The notes below the pieces were generated by a model. The model ran no database searches. It saw nothing but the letters and a program-made list of their open reading frames with translations, and was not told where the DNA came from. A program made the position numbers and the translations under genes. A stretch of 64,000 nucleotides of DNA from a bacterium HR11 (GTDB lineage Bacteria > Acidobacteriota > HRBIN11), in contig BEHN01000005.1 of assembly GCA_002898535.1 (NCBI GenBank), forward strand, positions 35,439 to 99,438. Reading direction: 5' to 3'. This document shows positions 53,126 through 61,665 of the stretch, piece after piece (position 1 is the first letter of the stretch; every line of letters starts with the position of its first letter).

Positions 53126-55474
53126 ATGATGTTCCCCAGGCGGTTCTGGCTGATCACCATGGGACTGACCGGTGTCGTCCTGGCCTACGGGTGCGCCGCC
53201 GCTCGTTACATGGGGCGGGCCGAGAAGGCCGCCCGGGCGGGCGACTGGGACCGGGCGCTCCAGCACTGCTTCGAAGCCCTCCGGCGGGACCCCGATAACA
53301 TCAAGTATCAGGCGACCTGCCGTCGGATGCGTCTGGCGGCCGCCGAATTCCACTTTCAGCGGGCCGAGGCCCTCGTCGAGAAGAATCCCGACGACATCCC
53401 GACCCTGGAACAGGCCATCCTGGAGTACCAACTGGCCGTCCAGTCGGACCCGACCCATCAGTTGGCCGCCGCCCGTCTGGAGGCGGCGATCCTGAAGCTT
53501 CAACGCCTGAAGGAACAGCGGGCCGAGGCGGCTATGGAGATCGAGCGGGCCAAGGAGAAGATCGCCCGGGCCGCCGTCTTACCCAAGATCTTGCACAGCG
53601 AGGAACTGATCGACATCAAGTACGTCGACACGAGCCTCCGGCAGATCCTGGACTCGATGGGCAAGAGCTTTGGCCTCAATGTCCTCTACGACAAAGACTT
53701 TCAGGATACTCGATACAGCGTCGAACTCCACGGCGTCACCTTCCAGGAGGCCCTCCAACAGATCCTGGCCGCCAACGGCCTGTTCTACAAGATCGTCAGC
53801 GAAAACACCATCATGGTCATCCCCGACAATCCCCAGAAGCGCCGCCAGCACGAAGAGTTGGTCGTCCGGACGTTCTATCTATCGAACGCCGACCTGAACG
53901 AGACGGTCAACCTTCTGCGGGTCATCGCCGGCATCCAACAGATCGTCCCCAATACCCAGCTTTACGCCATCACCGTCAAGGACACGCCCGAGAAGGTCGC
54001 CCTGGCCGAACGGATCATCCGTCTCAACGACAAGGCCCGGGCGGAAGTCATCCTGGACGTCGAGATCCTGGAGGTCAGTCGTCAAACGGCGGCCCGCTAT
54101 GGGATCGACATCGTCCCCGAGATCGCCGTCACGCAGACGCTGGACATCGGCCAGGGACCGGGTGTCATCTTCGGCCATCAGTTCCGGGCCATCGACGCGG
54201 CCGCCTGGGCCTTTACTTTCCCGTCGATCGTCTATCGGGCCCTCGTCACGGACGCCAGCACCCGCGTCTTGGCCCGGCCGCAGGTCCGGGCCGCCGACGG
54301 CCAGGCCATGACCGTCCGCTTAGGCAACCGAGTCCCCATCCCGACGACGACCTTCACGGGCATCACGCCTCAGCCGGGCCAGCCCCCGCCGACCGGGGGC
54401 GTCATCGTCCCCATCACGAGCTTTCAGCTCGTGGACGTCGGGATCAATATCGACGTCAAGCCCCGGATTCACCACAACCGGGAAGTCACGCTGGACTTAA
54501 AGTTTGAGCTGACATCCATCGCCGCCCCGGGCCGTCAGATCAATGAACCGCCGACCTTAGGGAGTCGGGTCGTCAACACGACCATCCGATTAAAGGACGG
54601 GGAGACGAATCTCCTGGCGGGTCTTCTTCGGCAGGACGAGCGCCGGGCCTTGCGGGGTCTGCCCGGGATTCAGAATCTTCCCTTCCTACGAGACCTGTTC
54701 GCCGCCAACGAACGGAGCATCGAGCAGACGGACGTCGTCTTCACGATCACGCCCCACATCATCCGCATGCCGGCTATCACCGAGGAAGACCTGAAGCCTC
54801 TCTGGGTCGGGACGGCCGACCAGCCCCGTCTCCGGGAGCCCCCGCCGTACACGGTCTTCCAACCGCCGCCGGAGACGAAACCGCCTGGGGAAAAGCCGCC
54901 CGAGAAGCCACCTTCGCCGCCTTCTGAAAAGCCCCCCGGGACATCTCCGGCCCAGCCGTCTCCACCGACGTCTTCCGAGAAGCCCCCAGAGGTGTCGCCG
55001 ACGAAGCCGTCTGAAACGCCTTCACCGGGGCCTGCAGGTCCGACGACCCCGGTCCAGCCCGTCCAAGCCGTCGGCTTCCTGTGGAGCAGTCAGGTCCCCG
55101 AACCCGGTCGGGTGCAACTTCGCATGTGGGTGACCGGTGTGCCGAAGGACCGGCCCGTGGAGGTCATCGTCGAATCGACCCCACCGGCGACGGGCTCGGT
55201 CACGGTCGAGCCCCCGCCGGGCGGCGGCGCCCCGGACCTTATGGACTGGCGGTGGAACACGCAAGACCGACAGGTATCGGTCCAATTTCGGGTCCGCCCC
55301 GGTGTCCCCCCGAATCAGTCGATCCCCATCGGGCAGGTCGAGTGGCGCATGCCGCCGGACCTGACGTCTATCCACATCCGGGTGCGGATCGTCGAAGTCG
55401 GTCGGCCCGTTGAGCCCCTACTGGAGAAGGAGTACACTGTCTCGATCCCAAAACCCCCGGAGACCCGGCCCTGA
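53126..55474 (+). CDS. lipoprotein secretin (PilQ/GspD family) with TPR-like N-terminus and Pro-rich C-terminal extension
   Basis: Lipobox LAYGC. Secretin core ...VLARPQVRAADGQAMTVRLG...RLKDGETNLLAGLL...LRGLPGIQNLPFLRDLF...TDVVFTITPHIIR. A ~70-aa P/S/E/K linker and a ~150-aa extra domain follow. Confidence 0.85.
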   Translation: MMFPRRFWLITMGLTGVVLAYGCAAARYMGRAEKAARAGDWDRALQHCFEALRRDPDNIKYQATCRRMRLAAAEFHFQRAEALVEKNPDDIPTLEQAILEYQLAVQSDPTHQLAAARLEAAILKLQRLKEQRAEAAMEIERAKEKIARAAVLPKILHSEELIDIKYVDTSLRQILDSMGKSFGLNVLYDKDFQDTRYSVELHGVTFQEALQQILAANGLFYKIVSENTIMVIPDNPQKRRQHEELVVRTFYLSNADLNETVNLLRVIAGIQQIVPNTQLYAITVKDTPEKVALAERIIRLNDKARAEVILDVEILEVSRQTAARYGIDIVPEIAVTQTLDIGQGPGVIFGHQFRAIDAAAWAFTFPSIVYRALVTDASTRVLARPQVRAADGQAMTVRLGNRVPIPTTTFTGITPQPGQPPPTGGVIVPITSFQLVDVGINIDVKPRIHHNREVTLDLKFELTSIAAPGRQINEPPTLGSRVVNTTIRLKDGETNLLAGLLRQDERRALRGLPGIQNLPFLRDLFAANERSIEQTDVVFTITPHIIRMPAITEEDLKPLWVGTADQPRLREPPPYTVFQPPPETKPPGEKPPEKPPSPPSEKPPGTSPAQPSPPTSSEKPPEVSPTKPSETPSPGPAGPTTPVQPVQAVGFLWSSQVPEPGRVQLRMWVTGVPKDRPVEVIVESTPPATGSVTVEPPPGGGAPDLMDWRWNTQDRQVSVQFRVRPGVPPNQSIPIGQVEWRMPPDLTSIHIRVRIVEVGRPVEPLLEKEYTVSIPKPPETRP

Positions 55475-55523
55475 GGCGAGCCGCCGGACCGGTTCAGGCA
55501 CGGGCCGAGGTCATTCGGATTAC

Positions 55524-55775
55524 GTGTTGACGCCTCACGCTAAATTTCAGATGCGGCGCCGGGGCCTTCGTCCGGCCCTCGTCCGACGGGTCCTGACGGT
55601 ACCGGAGCAGGTCATCGAACTCCGGCCGGGTCGCGCGGTGTTTCAGTCTCGGGTGCGGTCGGGGGGCCGGGTCTACCTCGTGCGGGTGGTCGTGGACGTC
55701 GACCGCCGTCCGGCGGAGGTCGTCACGGTCTACCGCACGAGCAAGGTGGCCAAATACTGGAAGGAGTCGTCATGA
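55524..55775 (+). CDS. DUF4258-like putative toxin
   Basis: (V)LTPHAKFQMRRRGLRPALVRRVL...VVVDVDRRPAEVVTVYRT fits the DUF4258 pattern (xHAxxRMxxRGI...VITVY). GTG 55524. ATGA overlap with the next gene. Confidence 0.6.
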   Translation: MLTPHAKFQMRRRGLRPALVRRVLTVPEQVIELRPGRAVFQSRVRSGGRVYLVRVVVDVDRRPAEVVTVYRTSKVAKYWKESS

Positions 55776-56002
55776 AGGTCATCTACGACCCCAGGACCGA
55801 CACGCTCAGCGTGATTTTCCGGGAGGACCGGCCGGTCGCCGAGAGCGATGAGGACAAGCCGGGCGTGATCCTCGACTACGACGAGCAGGGGAACCTGGTC
55901 TCGCTGGAGATCCTGGACGCATCGAAGCGGGTGACTGACGTGTCCCACGTTCAGTTCCAGACGGTCGGGGAGTCGGCGGTGCCCAGCTCTTCGGCCCGTT
56001 GA
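55772..56002 (+). CDS. DUF2283-like putative antitoxin
   Basis: MKVIYDPRTDTLSVIFRE...GVILDYDEQGNLVSLEILDASKR is the classic DUF2283 pattern (YDxEADxLYI...DxDxxGxxVGIEIL). Confidence 0.65.
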   Translation: MKVIYDPRTDTLSVIFREDRPVAESDEDKPGVILDYDEQGNLVSLEILDASKRVTDVSHVQFQTVGESAVPSSSAR

Positions 56003-56063
56003 ACCCCTGCTGGAAAAGGCATACACTGTCTCGATCCCGAAGCCCCCGGAGACCCGGCCATGA
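55991..56063 (+). pseudogene. relic duplicate of the secretin 3' end (last 23 codons plus stop)
   Basis: 73-nt direct repeat of 55402-55474 with 65/73 identical. In the secretin frame it reads RPVEPLLEKAYTVSIPKPPETRP*, versus ...EKEYTV... in the live copy. Confidence 0.75.
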
Positions 56064-56080
56064 ATCGGTGTCGTCCTTAG

Positions 56081-56305
56081 CAGAGCCGTTCGGTTCGTGA
56101 AAACCCGCATGGATTCGGCCTGATTGGCTCATGGCTCATAGCTGATGGCTCACGGGACTATGAGCCATGAGCTATGAGCTATGAGACCATGCGGCTATGA
56201 ACCATACATCGCCCTGGCTTGTCACTCCGCCCCTTTGAAACATCGGGCTTCCCGGGCGTTGGGAAAGTTTGTTCCGACGCCATTCTCACGAACCGAACGG
56301 CTTTG
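56081..56305 (+). mobile_element. C-type MITE-like element: shared termini around a GGCTCAT/ATGAGCY heptamer hairpin
   Basis: CAGAGCCGTTCGG (56081-56093) ... CCGAACGGCTTTG (56293-56305). Arms at 56126-56153 and 56158-56205. The right end module equals the B-type end module. Confidence 0.7.
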
Positions 56306-56628
56306 AACTCGTCTCAAAAGTCCCTGATCTCAGTGAGAGAGAAGCTCTGGATCAAGGCCCTCACCCTACCCTCTCCCCCAGGGAGAGGGTTTTGAGATGA
56401 GTTGGCTCTGTTGCCATCCTGGAGCCATCGTCTCAAAAGTGGCCTCGGCGGGCCTGCCCCCCTACCGGAGCCGGTTCACCCGGTCCCAGCGCCCGGCCCT
56501 CCGGCTGGGGCGGGCCTACGACAGCGACCGCCTGAAATTTTTGGGCTCTCTTCGGCGGGCCCAGGGCCTCCGGGCCTCTCCAGAAGCCTGAAGAGGATAT
56601 CAACAGAGCCAGATGAGTTCTTTGTTAA

Positions 56629-56904
56629 CAGAGCCGTCCGGTTGGGAGAAATGCAGTTCCCATCCGGGAAAGCGGTAGCCCGGCGATCTCGATTTTTTAA
56701 GCTTATTAAGGATGACACCGCCATGACGGGCGGCGCCAAGACCGGGGGCCACCGGCATGACGGCCGGTGTTCCGGGGATAGACGCCAGTCTCCCGACCTG
56801 CCCATCTGCCCACCTGCCCAACTGCCGAATGCTTGAAGCATCGTGCTTTCGTGGAGGTGCCCTTTCCGCTTGCCATCGCACTTCTCACCTCCCGAACGGC
56901 TCTG
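56629..56904 (+). mobile_element. A-type composite element, copy A4 (short form: 1 hairpin unit, 3 octamers)
   Basis: CAGAGCCGTCCGG (56629-56641) ... CCGAACGGCTCTG (56892-56904). L-module, middle and tail are collinear with A1. Confidence 0.7.
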
Positions 56905-56933
56905 TTAAACTTCTATAGATTTGGAGGTCGGGG

Positions 56934-58241
56934 ATGCGACGAACGGGTACTGGACTTCGATGTGGAACTGGATTCATGGTGGCCCTGTTGGTGGGCATGG
57001 CCGCTGGGTCGTACGCTCAAGTCCGGACGGGCAATAGCTCGGAAGGCGACAGCGGCATCTTTCACGTGATATCCAGCCAGACGGTCTCGAAGGGTCGCCT
57101 CTGGTTTGGGGTCGCCCACGACAACCTGGACCGAGACCCCTTAGATGCGGATGAGAGCCATTATCGAGTGGGCCTCGGCTTCGGCATCACCGATTGGCTT
57201 CAGGTCCAGGCCGCCTGGGACGTCCTGACCCAGTACGACGTCGACCCCAAGGGTGGGGCGACAGGCTTCTTCAATACGCAGTTCATCTCCCGGAATACCT
57301 GGTTCAGCGGCCTCGGCGACCTGTGGGCGGGCCTGAAGCTTCGGGTCCTGGACGTTCGTCAACAGCCCGTCGGCCTCGGCGTCCTGGCCCGGGTCAAGAT
57401 CCCGGCGGCCTCGGCCTCAGACGGCGTCGGGACCGGAAAGGTCGACCTGGACGTGCGGGGCCTGCTGGAGTTCAACGTCCAGGACACGGTCGGCCTGTTT
57501 GGGAATGCCGGCTTTCTGCTGGCCGGGAAGCCGGAGGCCCATCGGGTCGGCAATCAGTTCGTGTACGGGGCCGGCTTGGCCGTGCCGTATAAGACCCGGC
57601 TTCAGCTCGTGGCCGAGGTCTCGGGCGGCGTCGTCCAGTCCGGCGGCCAGATTGACGACTATACGGACCTGGGCGTCGGCCTCCGGTGGTTCATCACTGA
57701 CAATTGGAACGTCACGGCGGCCTATCGTCGGAATGTTCAAGCGGGGAGTGACCTGAGTCAGCATCCCGACGGCGGGACCGTCGTCTTGGGCTATTGGCCT
57801 CAGCCGAAGGTAGCGGCTCCACCTCCACCGCCACCCCCGCCGCCCCCGCCGCCTGCGCCGCCACCCCCGCCCCCGCCCGTCGTGGTACCCCCGGCGCCGG
57901 CCCTGGCGGAGGTTTACTTTGATTTCGACCGTTACGAAATCCGGCCCACGGAGGTCGAGAAGCTGGACAAGTTGGCTCAGTACCTGAAGGACCACCCGGA
58001 CGTGAACATCGTCGTCGAGGGCCACACGTGTTATATCGGGACGGATGAATACAACATGGCCCTGGGGTTCCATCGGGCCGAGGCCGTCAAGGAGTACTTG
58101 GTCTCGAAGGGCATCGACGCCGCCCGCATCGAGACCGTCAGCTACGGGGAGACCCAGCCCAAGTACGACAACGCCCAGGAGATCACCCGTCGCTTCAATC
58201 GGCGGGCCTGGTTCGTGATCCGGGAAAAGCCCAAGCCCTGA
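56934..58241 (+). CDS. OmpA-family outer-membrane protein (beta-barrel, poly-Pro linker, OmpA_C domain)
   Basis: Signal peptide ...GMAAGSYAQ. Linker APPPPPPPPPPPPAPPPPPPPVVVPPAP. OmpA_C ...FDFDRYEIRP...VVEGHTCYIGTDEYNMALGFHRAEAV...NRRAWF. Confidence 0.85.
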   Translation: MRRTGTGLRCGTGFMVALLVGMAAGSYAQVRTGNSSEGDSGIFHVISSQTVSKGRLWFGVAHDNLDRDPLDADESHYRVGLGFGITDWLQVQAAWDVLTQYDVDPKGGATGFFNTQFISRNTWFSGLGDLWAGLKLRVLDVRQQPVGLGVLARVKIPAASASDGVGTGKVDLDVRGLLEFNVQDTVGLFGNAGFLLAGKPEAHRVGNQFVYGAGLAVPYKTRLQLVAEVSGGVVQSGGQIDDYTDLGVGLRWFITDNWNVTAAYRRNVQAGSDLSQHPDGGTVVLGYWPQPKVAAPPPPPPPPPPPPAPPPPPPPVVVPPAPALAEVYFDFDRYEIRPTEVEKLDKLAQYLKDHPDVNIVVEGHTCYIGTDEYNMALGFHRAEAVKEYLVSKGIDAARIETVSYGETQPKYDNAQEITRRFNRRAWFVIREKPKP

Positions 58242-58559
58242 CCCCTCCGCAGGTTCGGAAACTCGCCGCCGTTGGACGGACGGCGTTTCTAAGGGCCTCA
58301 ACAGGACTTTCTCCCTCGGGGAGGAGAGGGCAGGGTGAGGACCCCTACCCCCGACCTCTCTCCGGGAGGGGCTATTTTGTGCCGCATTCTGAGGGGCCGG
58401 TGACTCATGAGGCGGGGCTCCCGTCGGTAAGGTCGGACGGCCTGAGGAGGTGGAGAGGCCTATATTCCCTTGAAGAGGGACTTGCAGGGCAAAGGCCTCC
58501 GAACGGCCCTGTGAGCTCGCAGTTCCCGATCCTCCTGGGCTCCAGCCCCGTGAACGGAG

Positions 58560-61553
58560 ATGACTGAAACAAGGTTATCAACCCAAGACTGGCGAAAAGC
58601 CCTCCACGGCTGGCTTCAGACCCTGCGGGAAGATTTGGCTACGGCCGTCCGCCAGCTCCCCGAGCTCCTGGCGGCCTTCCCGCACGTCCGGACCGAGCTC
58701 CTGGAGCGTTTGGGAGACCAGGTCCGGACCGACGTCCTTCGGAAGCTCTTCGAAGCCGTGCCGGACCTCCTGCCGGGCGATGAGGCGACCTTTGAATGGT
58801 TGGTCGAGCACAGTCCCCGCCTCCTGGAGGTCTGGCTCGAGCGATACGACCTGACGCCGGCCCAGGCCTGGCGTCTCATCGAGGCGGCCCCCCGGCGGGT
58901 CGTCTCCCGAAAGCTCCTGGAGCGGGCCTTCCAAGCCCTGCCAGAGGCCTTCCGGGAGCTCTACGGGAAGCTGTCGGCCCCGGCCCGGAAGCGACTCGCC
59001 CTCTGGCGGGACGTGCTCTTCGAAGAGCCCGTCTCGGCGGCCCTGCGGTCGGCCCTGGCCGAATGGCTCGAGGGCCGGCCCGTGTGGAATCCGGCCGCCC
59101 TGGAAGACCTGAAGCGTCTCCTGGACCTTCGGGAAGACGTCCGGGACGTCCTGCTGGGGACCTTGCCGGACCTGATTCGCCGGACGTTTCAACCCGAGGT
59201 CCCCATCAAGATCCGCCAGGACGAGGTCCTGTGGTTCCTCCACCGGCCGGACCAGCCGATCCCGCCCGAGTGGCAGGCCTGGCTCGTCGAGAGCCTCAGC
59301 CGCTTGGGGAACCCCATCCTGTGGGCCTGGGCCCGGGAGCACCCCCAGCTCCAGACGGCCGTCGCCGCCGTCTCGTCCCATTCCCGGGGCTGGCTCTCGC
59401 TGGAATGGGTCCTGCGGTGTCTGAACGAACCGACGGGCCGGGTCCATCAACGGAAGCTCGAAGCGCTCCTCGGCGAGCTGGGGGTTAGCCTGCGGTCGGG
59501 CCGACGGCAACGCATGGTTTCGGCCGAGGAGCTGGCTCGGGTCCTGGACGTCGTCTCGCTCCCCCGTTTCATCCACCGCCTGCGCCACTTCAAGCACGTC
59601 GAGGAAATCAGCCGGGACCCGGCCGTCTTGCGCCGGCTCGTCGAGGCGAAACTCCTGCGGCGGACGGTCGTCCCGCATATTTACGAGAGCCTCGTCGAGG
59701 ATCGGGACTTACGGGCGACCCTTCAGCGGTGGACCCAGGAGTACCGGACGGCTCGGCAGGAGCGGCGTCGGCGACTTCGGGAACTGATCCAGCGGAATCT
59801 GGTCCCGGTCCCGCCCGAGCCTTTCCGGCCGGACCCCTTCCAAGTCGAGGCCGTCAAGGCCTTCCGGCAGGGCCTGGACGTTCTGGTCACGGCCCCGACG
59901 GGTTCCGGGAAGACCTGGATCGCCGAGCAGGCCATGGAAGAAGTCCTTCGGCAGGGCGGCCGGGCCTTTTATGCGACGCCCCTGCGGGCCCTGTCGTACC
60001 AGAAGCTTCGGGCCTTCCGGGAGAAGTTCGGCTGGGAGCAGGTCGGCGTCCTGACGGGCGAGTACCGAGAAAACGCCACGGCACCCCTCATCGTCGGGAC
60101 GACCGAGATCGTGCGGAACCTCCTCCTGGACGGGGCCCGATTCCAGCTCCTGGTCCTGGACGAGGCCCACTACATCGGGGACGTCGAACGGGGGAGCGCC
60201 TGGGAGGAGAGCATCCTGCTGGCGCCCCTGGAGACCCGCCTGATCCTCCTTTCGGCGACGATCCCCAACGCCGAGGAGATCGCCGCCTGGCTCCGGAGCC
60301 TGGGCCGCCGGGTGCTCATCGCGACCCGGCCCGAACGGCCCGTTCCCCTGGAGTTTCTCACGTGGATGGAGGAGGGTCCGGAGTTGGGTCTCTATCCGCG
60401 GGGCCGTCATCCGGGCCTCCGGGAACTCCTCCAGACCCTCAAACAGTGGTCGATGACGCCGGCCCTGATCTTCGTCGGGCGTCGGGACGACGCCATGGTC
60501 ATGGCGCATGAGGCGGCCCATTTTCTGCCGCCGAAGGACGAGCGCGCCGAGGGGCTTCCCCAGCATCCCCTGGCCCACCTCCTGCGGCGGGGCATCGGCG
60601 TCCATCACGCCGGCCTGGGGTACGCCTTCCGGGAGACCGTCGAGTCCCTGATGGAGCGGGGCGAGCTGGACTTCATTTTCTGCACGTCCAGCCTGGCCCA
60701 CGGCATCGACGCCCCCGTGCGGACGACGGTCCTGTATGACGTCTCGCCCTTCTGGAATCGGTCCGAGCTTCAGCACGCCCTGGGCCGGGCCGGCCGTCGG
60801 GGCTACGACCAGGTCGGCTTCGCCGTCGTGGCCCTGCCGGCCGCCAACATCCGAAGCGTGATCCAGGCCCTGCGGCTGGGGCCCCAGCCCCTGGAGTCGG
60901 CCTTTGCGCCCCACGATGCGGCCGTCGCCGCCCTGGTCGCCCAGTACGGGATCGACGGGACCCTCGAGTTGGCCCGCAAGAGTCTCCGGGTCTTCCAAGG
61001 CGACGGCGACGTCCAGGGCCAAATCGTACAGTCGATCCGCCGTTTGGTCCGCCTCGGTTTCATGGACCGGGACGGGACCCTCACCGACATGGGCCGGTCC
61101 ATCGTGAAGCTCATGCATCCCCACGCCACGGCCGTCGTCCTAACGCTGAATACGGTTCATGCCATCGGACCCGAAGAGGCGGCCATCATCGCCGCCTTCT
61201 TCAGCAACGAGCGGCCGCCTCGACGGATTCGGCGCTACCTTGAGCATCCCCTCATCCACGTCATGACGGAGGCCGCCCGAATGGCAGAGCTGACCGAGAT
61301 CGACCCCCGGGACGGGGCGAAACGGGCGTGGATCATCCGGCAGTGGCTCCGGGGTCGGGAAGAACGGCTCCGGGAGATGGTCGGCGTCGACGCCGAGGGC
61401 GACATCGAGCGGCTCCGCATCCAGGTCGTCGAGCTCCTCCGTAAGATGGAAAGCCTGGAGCTGTCGGCGGCGACCCAGGCCCTCTACGTCTTGGACCCCC
61501 ACTTCCTGGCCGAGCATCCCGACTGGCCGACGACGGCCGCCCGGGAAGCATAG
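58560..61553 (+). CDS. Ski2/Hel308-like DEAD/DEAH-box helicase with ~420-aa N-terminal helical extension
   Basis: Core motifs TAPTGSGKT (I), LDEAHY (II), LSAT (III), HHAGL, GRAGRRG (VI). The N-terminal 420 aa are Leu/Arg/Glu-rich with no recognisable motif. Confidence 0.8.
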   Translation: MTETRLSTQDWRKALHGWLQTLREDLATAVRQLPELLAAFPHVRTELLERLGDQVRTDVLRKLFEAVPDLLPGDEATFEWLVEHSPRLLEVWLERYDLTPAQAWRLIEAAPRRVVSRKLLERAFQALPEAFRELYGKLSAPARKRLALWRDVLFEEPVSAALRSALAEWLEGRPVWNPAALEDLKRLLDLREDVRDVLLGTLPDLIRRTFQPEVPIKIRQDEVLWFLHRPDQPIPPEWQAWLVESLSRLGNPILWAWAREHPQLQTAVAAVSSHSRGWLSLEWVLRCLNEPTGRVHQRKLEALLGELGVSLRSGRRQRMVSAEELARVLDVVSLPRFIHRLRHFKHVEEISRDPAVLRRLVEAKLLRRTVVPHIYESLVEDRDLRATLQRWTQEYRTARQERRRRLRELIQRNLVPVPPEPFRPDPFQVEAVKAFRQGLDVLVTAPTGSGKTWIAEQAMEEVLRQGGRAFYATPLRALSYQKLRAFREKFGWEQVGVLTGEYRENATAPLIVGTTEIVRNLLLDGARFQLLVLDEAHYIGDVERGSAWEESILLAPLETRLILLSATIPNAEEIAAWLRSLGRRVLIATRPERPVPLEFLTWMEEGPELGLYPRGRHPGLRELLQTLKQWSMTPALIFVGRRDDAMVMAHEAAHFLPPKDERAEGLPQHPLAHLLRRGIGVHHAGLGYAFRETVESLMERGELDFIFCTSSLAHGIDAPVRTTVLYDVSPFWNRSELQHALGRAGRRGYDQVGFAVVALPAANIRSVIQALRLGPQPLESAFAPHDAAVAALVAQYGIDGTLELARKSLRVFQGDGDVQGQIVQSIRRLVRLGFMDRDGTLTDMGRSIVKLMHPHATAVVLTLNTVHAIGPEEAAIIAAFFSNERPPRRIRRYLEHPLIHVMTEAARMAELTEIDPRDGAKRAWIIRQWLRGREERLREMVGVDAEGDIERLRIQVVELLRKMESLELSAATQALYVLDPHFLAEHPDWPTTAAREA

Positions 61554-61565
61554 CGAGTCGCGAAA

Positions 61566-61623
61566 GGCGAACGGCGAGTGGCCGACGGGGAATTGTACTT
61601 CCCCTGTTCGCCATTCGTTTTTC
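61566..61623 (+). terminator. terminator-like hairpin made of GCGAAYGG heptamer arms, followed by T5
   Basis: GGCGAACGGCGAGTGGCCGACGGGG ... CCCCTGTTCGCCATTCG TTTTT, directly after the helicase stop. Confidence 0.4.
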
Positions 61624-61665
61624 TCGAAGGACCGGGAAGGCCGAATTCGTCCAGATTCTTACGGG

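Noticed and set aside
55475-55990. Whether the TA cassette is a mobile island carrying its own integrase or transposase.
   Set aside because: Only the two small TA-like ORFs fit between the direct repeats, and no recombinase-like ORF exists in any frame. Mobility, if any, must be in trans or by homologous recombination.
57810-57900. The CCGCC/CCACC-rich microsatellite-like tract.
   Set aside because: It is in frame within the OmpA-family gene and encodes a poly-proline linker between the barrel and the OmpA_C domain. It is a coding low-complexity linker, not an intergenic repeat.
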